Assembly: GCA_949443285.1 (NCBI GenBank)
Contig: CASSLW010000008.1
Span: 460-64,459, forward strand
Direction of reading: 5' to 3'
Source of the DNA: an uncultured Clostridia bacterium
GTDB taxonomy: Bacteria; Bacillota; Clostridia; TANB77; CAG-508
DNA: 64,000 nt
In this document: positions 10,018 through 18,655 of the stretch, piece after piece
Position numbering within the stretch: the stretch's first letter is position 1
Layout of the letters: each line of letters begins with the position of its first letter
Made by a program: the position numbers and the translations under genes
Notes under the pieces: model-generated
The model's input: only the letters and a program-made list of their open reading frames with translations
Databases searched by the model: none
Told to the model about the DNA's origin: nothing

Positions 10018-10203
10018 TTATGCAATATCTTCTGCATATTTAATTATTTCTTTAAAGTTTCTTGTTTCGCTTATGTATTTTAAACTTTCTACATTTAATA
10101 ATAAGTAGTCTTTTAGTAGCTTGTTGTATTCTTCTTTTGTTTTAATATTTAGTAGCTTAATTGCTTTTAGAGATTTTTCGTAATATTCTTTCATATACAC
10201 CAT
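10018..10203 (-). CDS. Small hypothetical prophage protein
   Basis: ORF with AAGGAG RBS, tandem TGTCGAA boxes upstream. Confidence 0.55.
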   Translation of the reverse strand: MVYMKEYYEKSLKAIKLLNIKTKEEYNKLLKDYLLLNVESLKYISETRNFKEIIKYAEDIA

Positions 10204-10492
10204 CTCCTTTTTTTCTAATTATAGCATTTTTTGTAAAATATCTGTGTCGAACGGTGTCGAATAATCTAAATTATTTTTATGCTAAAATTTGCCTAAATTT
10301 AGCCAAAAATTGGCTCTCGACAATCTGTTTTAAGCCGTTTTATTTTTGAGTTCAAGTACTTATATAGCTTGATTTTTGAGCATTTTCTAGTATTTTGAAA
10401 AATTTTAATTTTTTTCAAAAAAGTGTTGACAATACGTAACGTATGGTTTATAATATAATTATAGTTTACAAGAAAGGAGGATTATTTATATT

Positions 10493-10679
10493 ATGAGTAT
10501 GACACCTAAGGAACTAGTAAGACTTTTGAAGAAAAATGGTTGGTATGAAGTAAAACAAGAAGGCTCACACTTAAAATTAAAAAAGGAACGGATATCCAAA
10601 TATAATCGTTCCGATGCACAATAAAGATTTAAAAAAAGGATTACTAAACAAATTGCTAAAACAGGCAGGACTTGAATAA
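10493..10679 (+). CDS. hicA: HicA toxin, with +1 shift at CGG 10589-10591 (61 aa)
   Basis: MSMTPKELVRLLKKNGWYEVKQEGSHLKLKKE-GYPNIIVPMHNKDLKKGLLNKLLKQAGLE; GSH and VPMH motifs; strong RBS; upstream of hicB. Confidence 0.88.
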
Positions 10680-10722
10680 GTCCTACCTGAATGTGCATAC
10701 TATAATATAAAGAGGTGTAATT

Positions 10723-11130
10723 ATGAAAAAGAAAATATTATTTACTTACCCTGCAATTTTTACATTAGAAGACGGTGGATATTGGGTTGAATTTGTCGAC
10801 TTAAAAGGTTGTTTTAGTGATGGCTCTACTTTATCTGAAGCTATGGAAAATGCAAAAGAAGCTATGGGCTTATTCTTAGAAGATTTGGAAGACTATCCAC
10901 ATTGTACTACTGATATAAAAAGTATTAAATTGGAAGAAAATCAAATTGTTTCTTTTGTTACTGTTGATTTAGAAGAACACAAAAGAAAATATGAAAACAA
11001 ATCTGTTAAAAAGACTTTGTCTATTCCAGCTTGGCTAAATACTATGGCAGAAAAAGAAAATGTAAATTTCTCTCAATTATTGCAAAAAGCTTTAATGGAT
11101 ACTTTAAATGTTGACAAAACACAAAAATAA
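10723..11130 (+). CDS. hicB: HicB antitoxin
   Basis: YPAIF..GYWVEFVDLKGCFSDG; C-terminal VKKTLSIPAWLN..NFSQLLQ. Confidence 0.92.
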   Translation: MKKKILFTYPAIFTLEDGGYWVEFVDLKGCFSDGSTLSEAMENAKEAMGLFLEDLEDYPHCTTDIKSIKLEENQIVSFVTVDLEEHKRKYENKSVKKTLSIPAWLNTMAEKENVNFSQLLQKALMDTLNVDKTQK

Positions 11131-11289
11131 TATTATAATTAATTCAATAATATAAATAATCCGATATAAGTACGGAAATATAAAAAAGATAGTATCACCA
11201 ACCACTATCTTTTTTATTTTGTTCAACTAGGCTGAAATTAATCAACCTAGTTTTTTTCACTGTAATTTTCATTGAAACTTGCACTGTAA

Positions 11290-12240
11290 TTATATTCTTA
11301 AAGTTTGCCCTGGATAAATCAAGTTTGGATTAGCAATATTGTTTTTTCTTGCAATTTTTTGATATGTAGTATTAAACTTTTTAGCTATTCCACTTAAAGT
11401 GTCTCCACTTTTTACGGTATATGTCCTTGTATTATTTTGTGTAGTCTTACTTGTTCCATTTATTTTTAGAACTTGCCCTGGGTGAATAATGTTTGGATTT
11501 GCTATTCCGTTTATTCTAGCTAGCTCCTGATATGTAGTTCCAAATTTTGCAGCAATACCACTTAATGTATCTCCCGATTTAACAATATAAGTATTTTGTG
11601 TTTCTGTTTTTGGTTGTGCAACTGTCTGTGAAACACTTTTATTTCCAATTTCAGCCACTAAATCTCTATACATATAATTAGTATCTACATTTCCATTAAT
11701 TCCACTTATTTTACCGCTAGAACTATTTTGCCATATATCATATTCGCCTTTGTAACAACCTATACCTTTTTTATAGCTTGCTATCCAACAAGTATATCTT
11801 TTTTTAAGCTCTTCTTTATTTAGATAATTGTTAAACCAATTTTGATTAGCATATACACCAGCCCATTTTCCGTTTTGTTCTACTATTGTGTTAAATGCTA
11901 TACAAATATTAGTTAATACATCTCTTCCGCAATTAGCAATACTTGCATCTTCCATATCTATATATACGGGCAATTCTATGTTTTTGCCTTGTAGCTGTTT
12001 CGTTGTCCAATTAGCTCCTGCTTTTGCTGTTTCCACAGAAGTACAATAGCAATATACATATATGCCGACTGGTATCCCTAGTCTTTTGCATTCTGCGTAA
12101 TTTCTTTCAAACTGCTTGTCTAATGTATGGTTGTTTTTATTTCCAATCCAGCCAAGTCTTAATATTGCAAAGTTTATGCTATTTTTTGCTATATCCCAAT
12201 TTATTACTCCATTATGTTCTGATACATCTATTCCAAACAT
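11290..12240 (-). CDS. Endolysin, GH25 muramidase plus two LysM domains
   Basis: [14 protein letters not shown], two Y(I/T)[11 protein letters not shown] repeats. Confidence 0.92.
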   Translation of the reverse strand: MFGIDVSEHNGVINWDIAKNSINFAILRLGWIGNKNNHTLDKQFERNYAECKRLGIPVGIYVYCYCTSVETAKAGANWTTKQLQGKNIELPVYIDMEDASIANCGRDVLTNICIAFNTIVEQNGKWAGVYANQNWFNNYLNKEELKKRYTCWIASYKKGIGCYKGEYDIWQNSSSGKISGINGNVDTNYMYRDLVAEIGNKSVSQTVAQPKTETQNTYIVKSGDTLSGIAAKFGTTYQELARINGIANPNIIHPGQVLKINGTSKTTQNNTRTYTVKSGDTLSGIAKKFNTTYQKIARKNNIANPNLIYPGQTLRI

Positions 12241-12243
12241 AGT

Positions 12244-12594
12244 TTATTCCTCCTTGTTATTATTTAGTTTTTTCTTTACTTTTTCAGGCAGTGGAACTCC
12301 CAGTTTTACACCATTTTCTGCTAAGCTAGATATTTCCATTAAACATATATACCCCACTGTAAAATACAATATTAGCTCTGTTCCCAACGCAAATTTTGTT
12401 AGTATTCCTACTACTATGTATATAAGTTCACCAAATTTTTTAGATAATCCTGCTCTCATAACTGCACTTTTGAAATTTCCGTCTCTCCAAGCTATTACTA
12501 GTCCTGTTAAAACGTCTAAAACTATAAGTGCCATTGGAGCTAATATAGCCCACCACAAACTTGTAAAATGTATATTTTGTATTAATTCTTCCAT
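12244..12594 (-). CDS. Phage holin
   Basis: LDVLTG, SAVMRAGLSKK, EISSLAEN...LGVPLP; adjacent to endolysin. Confidence 0.85.
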   Translation of the reverse strand: MEELIQNIHFTSLWWAILAPMALIVLDVLTGLVIAWRDGNFKSAVMRAGLSKKFGELIYIVVGILTKFALGTELILYFTVGYICLMEISSLAENGVKLGVPLPEKVKKKLNNNKEE

Positions 12595-12598
12595 ATCT

Positions 12599-13003
12599 CT
12601 ATTCCTCCACTTCTTCCCAGCCTGCTGGATACACATCAGGTGACCATACACAATTGTCTAATTTGCATATGTATTTCTTATCTTTGTATATTATTTTATC
12701 TCCGACATTGTAGCTATCGTGTGCCCCAGTCGGTTGAACAAACTCTTTATATCCTTCTTGCTCCGTTGGGTCTTCTGTTTTATCTTTATTTTCTAAAACT
12801 TCTAATCTTGCATATATATTATCTAGTTGTTTTTGTATATTATAACTATTTTCTGCTTTCGCATTTTGACGAGCTAGGTTGTCTAGCTCTGTCTTTTCTG
12901 CTTCTGTTATTCTGTCTTGTATGTACATTTTATCTATTTTGTACAATATATCTTCTAGTATGTAATCTCTGCTTTCTATTACTGTTTTTATTATATTAAA
13001 CAT
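12599..13003 (-). CDS. Phage protein with C-terminal carbohydrate-binding-like module
   Basis: QPTGAHDSYNVGDKIIY...WSPDVYPAGWEE. Confidence 0.65.
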   Translation of the reverse strand: MFNIIKTVIESRDYILEDILYKIDKMYIQDRITEAEKTELDNLARQNAKAENSYNIQKQLDNIYARLEVLENKDKTEDPTEQEGYKEFVQPTGAHDSYNVGDKIIYKDKKYICKLDNCVWSPDVYPAGWEEVEE

Positions 13004-15317
13004 TGTTAATTACCCCCCTTGAAATATTTGCTATTTCATTTTTTATATAAGCTTCTGTATCTTTTGTGTATTTTACGTTAAATATCGGACTTACTGCATC
13101 TGTGCTATATACGTGTGTTCCGCCTTTGTAGCTGTGTAATGTTTGCTCTATTTCGTTTAAGACTTTTGTTTGTGGTTCTGTGTACGGTAAAACTATTTCT
13201 TCTTTTGCTTCTAATATAAATGTTAAAGGTGTACCTTCGTCATATTTTTGCTTTAATAACTCGTTTAAGTAAGCATCTGTTATCTCTTTATCTCCTAATG
13301 CAGTTACTGGAAAGTGCATATATAAGTTTCCAAGCCTAGTAATTACAAAAGTATTCTCTATATTGTAATTGTTGTGTTGTTTTCCCATATTGCAATATCC
13401 TTTTGCGTCTGTTTTAATAATACTTGACGTTGCTAAATAAAATTGTATAGTAGTTCCCGTACTTTTTATTTGAGTTGCTTTTATGTTTTGTCCATCTACT
13501 ATAATTTTTCGCATAACATGATGCTCTCCATCTACTCCAAAATAATCTCCTCCTAACATTTCTTGTTGAACGGGTACTGTAAATGCTTGTTCTTTGTGTT
13601 CTACGTAGTCTGTTGCTATTGCGCCTTTTTCTAGTTGTAAATCTGTAAAAGTTAAGCTATCCCCTGCATTTACAACTCCAACTCTTACTGTTATATATTT
13701 ACAATTCGTTGGTGTTATAGCTGTTAAAATAGATGTTGCCGAACTTTTAGAACCTAAACTGTTATAATTTTCGTCTGCAAAAAACATATACAATCTTTTG
13801 CTTATTGCTGCATCATTAACTTTACAAGAAAAAGTATATTCGGTGTTTGGTTTTGCAATCATCCCATATTTCGTAATTCTTTCTTTATTCATAGTTCCTT
13901 GAAACTTAAATGCAAATGTGCTACTGTAGCAATCATCTCCTGTCGCTGTTAACTTTATTCCGTTTTCAACTTGCTCTAATGTGCCATGTTCAGCTTTAAT
14001 ATTATTCCACTTACTAAAATCTAGTTTGTTTTTATTTTCTACAACAACATTAGCACTACCGTGGTTGTATGTAGACCATTTAACATCTCCATTTTCTTCT
14101 TTTAAAACTACTTTAGTTGCATTTTGTAAGTTTCTAGCAGATACAATTATGTATTCTGTTGTTTCACTTGTTGTAAATGTTATTATATTTTTTTCTCTTG
14201 CTACATTTCTCTTTATAAAACCTGAAATATTTGCATTGCTATACTCTCCCACTCCTATCCAATCCGTGTTTTTGTCATTAGTTTCTATAATTTTAAATGT
14301 TAGAGTTGCTTTCGGTTTTACTTTTATAAAATCGGTTCTTTTTTCTCCCATTGTATGTGCTGTAACAAATCTACCCTGGTCGTCTATGTATCCATCTACT
14401 AATTCTTCTATATTTAGAATATTTATATCTTGTCCAACTGCTTCTACCTCGCTTGAAAATCCCAAACTTGGCATAGCTCCATATTTTTCGTATGACTTGT
14501 CCTCTGTTCCTTCGTACAGCATATATCTATTTTCATAGTTTGTTAACGTTCCTGTGTTTTCAGCTGTACCAGTTAATAATGTTATTTCATATGTAGCACC
14601 TTCTTTTATAGTTATCGTTTTTTTATTGTCCCTAGAGAATATTCTATTAGTTCCACCTTCTGCTGGCCTTTCTGTTATTTGCAAATAAACACCTGTATTT
14701 GTAATACTACCGTATTTTTCTTGCCACAAAGTATAAGTTTGGCCTACTTTTAATACATTTGTGATATTTAATGGTTCAACTATGTTAGCATAATCTCCAT
14801 TTGGAGTTCCGTTAACAGTTACATATCCACTTTCATTATCTCCTGTTATAGTTAAATCTTTTTGTGTTTTATAAAGTCTATCTAAATAGTTATATAAGTT
14901 ATACCCTTCTCTTTTCTCCTGCTCGCTATTCCCACCAATTCCAAACTCTCTAAATCTAGCATCCGAACTATCTTGTAAGTATAAGCTTTCTCCTTCTGCT
15001 TGTCCTTCTAAGCTAGAAGCTTGCAAGTCTTTTTTTGTTGCTAACAGCTCTGCTTGTAATGCTATTCTTGCTTCTTGCAGTTCTTCTTTACTTGCTTTGT
15101 TTAACAATTCTGTATTTATATCTTCCACTGCTTGCTCTGTACGTTGTTTTACTAAGTCTATGTTGTCTTCTATTTCTATTACCTTTTCATTTACTTGTCC
15201 TGCAAATTCGCCTACTTTATCCCAGTTGTCGTTCATATAATTTTCTATATCGAACTGATTTGTATTAGTTGTTACATTGTCGTGTTTTTTAAGTTTTAAA
15301 TTTGTTGTTTCACTCAT
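12996..15317 (-). CDS. Tail fibre / receptor-binding protein
   Basis: 773 aa at the end of the tail module, repeated beta-rich modules (LQLEKGAIATDY). Confidence 0.7.
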   Translation of the reverse strand: MSETTNLKLKKHDNVTTNTNQFDIENYMNDNWDKVGEFAGQVNEKVIEIEDNIDLVKQRTEQAVEDINTELLNKASKEELQEARIALQAELLATKKDLQASSLEGQAEGESLYLQDSSDARFREFGIGGNSEQEKREGYNLYNYLDRLYKTQKDLTITGDNESGYVTVNGTPNGDYANIVEPLNITNVLKVGQTYTLWQEKYGSITNTGVYLQITERPAEGGTNRIFSRDNKKTITIKEGATYEITLLTGTAENTGTLTNYENRYMLYEGTEDKSYEKYGAMPSLGFSSEVEAVGQDINILNIEELVDGYIDDQGRFVTAHTMGEKRTDFIKVKPKATLTFKIIETNDKNTDWIGVGEYSNANISGFIKRNVAREKNIITFTTSETTEYIIVSARNLQNATKVVLKEENGDVKWSTYNHGSANVVVENKNKLDFSKWNNIKAEHGTLEQVENGIKLTATGDDCYSSTFAFKFQGTMNKERITKYGMIAKPNTEYTFSCKVNDAAISKRLYMFFADENYNSLGSKSSATSILTAITPTNCKYITVRVGVVNAGDSLTFTDLQLEKGAIATDYVEHKEQAFTVPVQQEMLGGDYFGVDGEHHVMRKIIVDGQNIKATQIKSTGTTIQFYLATSSIIKTDAKGYCNMGKQHNNYNIENTFVITRLGNLYMHFPVTALGDKEITDAYLNELLKQKYDEGTPLTFILEAKEEIVLPYTEPQTKVLNEIEQTLHSYKGGTHVYSTDAVSPIFNVKYTKDTEAYIKNEIANISRGVINNV

Positions 15318-15320
15318 TTG

Positions 15321-15743
15321 TTACACCTCCGTTATCAGATTTGCGTTGTAATAATCTTCTTTTACATATATAACTATGCATTTTAGTGTTTTCGTTAAAT
15401 TTGAAGCAAATTGATTATGTACCATAGCTGTAATATTTTCTCCATACTTGCTATATGTGACCAAAAATTGGTCTCCATAGCCATTCTCATTCGCTATACA
15501 GCCTAAATACGTATATCCCTCTATATCACTAAAACTCCCCATTGCCACAGCTTTAGAACTTGTGCCGTTCATCGTTACTTCTTTTTCATATTTCTTAAAT
15601 TTAAAAATACTATTTACCTTTGTTTCTAATGTGTTTACACTGTCCTGTACTCCACCAATTGCATTCTCTATTCCTGTTTGCATTGCATTTAAATTTGTAT
15701 CATTTATCGGTGTCACGCCGTTTTCAAAATTAAAATATGACAT
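15321..15743 (-). CDS. Phage tail-associated protein
   Basis: TPINDTNLNAMQTGI N-terminal motif; position. Confidence 0.6.
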   Translation of the reverse strand: MSYFNFENGVTPINDTNLNAMQTGIENAIGGVQDSVNTLETKVNSIFKFKKYEKEVTMNGTSSKAVAMGSFSDIEGYTYLGCIANENGYGDQFLVTYSKYGENITAMVHNQFASNLTKTLKCIVIYVKEDYYNANLITEV

Positions 15744-15744
15744 C

Positions 15745-18255
15745 TTATTTCGCCTCCAGTTCTTCTACTCTTTTTTCTAATAATTTATTTTTTTCTGTTA
15801 ATTCCTGTATTGCTTTATAAGCTACTGAAATCATAGAGTATGTATCTACCCCAACTTCTTTTCCTTCACTATCTATCGCTGTTATTTCACTAGAGTATCT
15901 ATAATCCTTCCCAATAACAAATCCTATGTGTTTTTTATCTTCGTCGTTTTGAGATTTTAAATTATATTTGTATATTTCTGTATTATTTACGATATCTAAT
16001 CCACTTTGTAGATTTTCAAAATTTTTCTTGCCATCTGCTAAAGATGTTTGTGTTAATGATGGAGTAGATATGTGGTCTGGAAACATTGTTGAAGAACCTA
16101 TGTTTATAGCATCTGCTGTCATTGCAGCACTAGAACCATTTTTATTTACTCCTATTGCATCGCAAACCATATATGCCATATATCCTGTATTCTTTGAATT
16201 ATCTCTAAATACTCTAACTCCATCTAATGTTGTATTTCCCCACATTTTTAGATTTCCGCCGTCTATACTAGCATCCTTTACAGTTGCATTAGTACAACTC
16301 ATATTTCCATTTTCATCAACATTAAAATTGTTACTAGAAATTTTTATATGTTTACCTGAAATGTTAATTGTATTTCCAGACAATAAATTCAAAATATCAT
16401 TTGCTGACAGCTCGATTTTATTAGCATTTATTCCGACCGCTTCAGCAGATTGATTAATTTTTGAAATAACTTCATTTTCATCTACCTTCTTTCTAACTTC
16501 CATATTTATTTCGTTAGCCGTTTGCGTTATAGAAGACTTCATCTCTACTTTTGATGCATATACATTTGTTAAGCTATTTTTTATTGCAAATCTTGCTTTT
16601 AGTTTTGCTGTATAATTTTTAACAGCTATTGTATTTGTTCCTTCTTGAAGTGGTATTTTTAGCTCTCCTAAATCTTCTATTGTTTCTGTTGCTTTAACTG
16701 TTCCGTTTTTATCTATTCTTCTTATTACTTTTGCTTGTCTATTTTCTAAAACAAATTCATCACATACGTCTGCATTTTGCCTTAATACATCTATTATGCC
16801 TAATTCATAAACTTTATCATTTACAACAATTCTACTATCTCCATATGGGTACAAGTCATTAGAAGGATATAAATTGTCGCTTGGATACAAATAGTCAAAT
16901 ACTGTATTGTTTCCATATATGTGTAGTTCTAATAAATCCCCTTCCATACAGTTTCCTAGTGCTATTGTCTTTATTCCCTCTACTGTATTTGTTACATCCT
17001 CTATTTGCTCTACTCTATTTGTTATTGCATCTATCGTTTGTTCGTGTTGCGTTAGTTTTTGTGAGTTTTCTGTTGTTTCTTCTATTAAATCTCGAATAAT
17101 TCCTTCGTGTTTTAGTGCCATCCTCTCTGTTTTCAAAGCCTTTTTTTGTTCTTTTGTTGTTACTTTATATTCTGTTGTAGTAACTTCAGGAATTTTAGCT
17201 TCCATTTCTCCCAAAATACCGGTATTTATAGTTACTCTTGCACTTAAATATATTGTTTTATATGGGCTATTTTCTCGGTCTTTTACAACTAACACATCGC
17301 AGGGTTCTAGCCACATTAACCCTAAATTAGAAGCCTCACAAGCATAATATTCTAATCCTTTTATTTGTTCTAGCATATCGTCTATTAGTTCTTCTCGATT
17401 TGCGTCTAAAAACTCATTTTCATCAAATCTTATTTCGCATCTACCATTACTTGTAATGCTTTCTTGTTCTACCGCTTCTATATTGTCTTCTACAGCACCT
17501 CTGCCTAAAACTAGAGCATTGACGGGACCAAACTTGTCACCTATTACTAATTCAGACAAGTAGCTTGTGTCTAGTTCTTGTACAACTTCCCCAATTTTAC
17601 AAAGATATAACTTGTTGTCCTTTATGAATATTGTGGTTTCTGTCGTTTCAGCTATTTTTTCTAAAACGTCTCTATATGTTAGTTGCTGTACTGTGAAAAA
17701 ATCTTCGTTGACTATTAAATTTGCATTATAAAAGTCCGTAGAGTATAATTCTACTCCACAGACTTCGCACATTTTAATTAATAATTGTTTTAGTGTACAT
17801 GGATATGTTATTTTTAAGTCGCTTTGCTTAAATCGCACCATAAAATTTATCATTTTATCATATCCAGTTACCACTAATTCTTCTTTATTTTTATCGTCTT
17901 CTACATCTTTAATGTAATATTCACCCATATTAACATATTCAAATTCATTTTCAACTAATAATCCATATTCAAATATTATATTTTTCCCTTTTATTTCACT
18001 TGCATTTTTTACCGTTATTTCTATCTGCTGCATTATAGTCTTAAAAAACTCACCGTCAAAGCTATATACTAATTCTTTTGCGATTACTTGCTTTCTTGCA
18101 CATAGTTTGTACAAAGGTATTGCATTGAATATATTTGCTGGCATTAAATGTATTTCCTGTACTGTTAATTCCCCATTATTTATAGAGAGTTTTAAATCTT
18201 GTTGTTTTACTTTTTTGGACAATTCCTTAAATTGCTCACTTACTTGTTTACTCAT
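15745..18255 (-). CDS. Tail spike/baseplate protein with C-terminal S74-like chaperone domain
   Basis: C-terminal KKNFE...HIGFVI...YKAIQEL coiled coil; position after distal tail gene. Confidence 0.75.
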   Translation of the reverse strand: MSKQVSEQFKELSKKVKQQDLKLSINNGELTVQEIHLMPANIFNAIPLYKLCARKQVIAKELVYSFDGEFFKTIMQQIEITVKNASEIKGKNIIFEYGLLVENEFEYVNMGEYYIKDVEDDKNKEELVVTGYDKMINFMVRFKQSDLKITYPCTLKQLLIKMCEVCGVELYSTDFYNANLIVNEDFFTVQQLTYRDVLEKIAETTETTIFIKDNKLYLCKIGEVVQELDTSYLSELVIGDKFGPVNALVLGRGAVEDNIEAVEQESITSNGRCEIRFDENEFLDANREELIDDMLEQIKGLEYYACEASNLGLMWLEPCDVLVVKDRENSPYKTIYLSARVTINTGILGEMEAKIPEVTTTEYKVTTKEQKKALKTERMALKHEGIIRDLIEETTENSQKLTQHEQTIDAITNRVEQIEDVTNTVEGIKTIALGNCMEGDLLELHIYGNNTVFDYLYPSDNLYPSNDLYPYGDSRIVVNDKVYELGIIDVLRQNADVCDEFVLENRQAKVIRRIDKNGTVKATETIEDLGELKIPLQEGTNTIAVKNYTAKLKARFAIKNSLTNVYASKVEMKSSITQTANEINMEVRKKVDENEVISKINQSAEAVGINANKIELSANDILNLLSGNTINISGKHIKISSNNFNVDENGNMSCTNATVKDASIDGGNLKMWGNTTLDGVRVFRDNSKNTGYMAYMVCDAIGVNKNGSSAAMTADAINIGSSTMFPDHISTPSLTQTSLADGKKNFENLQSGLDIVNNTEIYKYNLKSQNDEDKKHIGFVIGKDYRYSSEITAIDSEGKEVGVDTYSMISVAYKAIQELTEKNKLLEKRVEELEAK

Positions 18256-18653
18256 ACTTTTTGTGGCCTCCTATCTATTGCAGTTAAAACTACACTAAAT
18301 TCATTCCAGTATCCCCCACAAGCCAGTGGGCTAGATTTTATTGCTTGTCCATTATAAAAGTCTTCTGTAAATAAATCCCCTTGCTTATAATTCCCCATAT
18401 CTTTCTCTAAAGCAAATTTAACCCCTCCTAAAAAGGGGTGTTCAAGTAGTTTTTTTATTAAATTAAATTCACTATCTGTCACTTTTCCAAATTTTATCTC
18501 TAATGTTGTGAAGTACCCAATAAAAGTTCCACTATAATGCCCGTCTATAGCATTCCTTCCTGTTCCATCTCCCCATAAAGGCTCTGGACCAGGAACAATA
18601 TCTATAATTCCTGGTATTTCTACATTGTCAACTATTAATTTTGGTTCATACAT
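18252..18653 (-). CDS. Distal tail-like protein
   Basis: Position directly after tape measure gene. Confidence 0.55.
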   Translation of the reverse strand: MYEPKLIVDNVEIPGIIDIVPGPEPLWGDGTGRNAIDGHYSGTFIGYFTTLEIKFGKVTDSEFNLIKKLLEHPFLGGVKFALEKDMGNYKQGDLFTEDFYNGQAIKSSPLACGGYWNEFSVVLTAIDRRPQKV

Positions 18654-18655
18654 AT

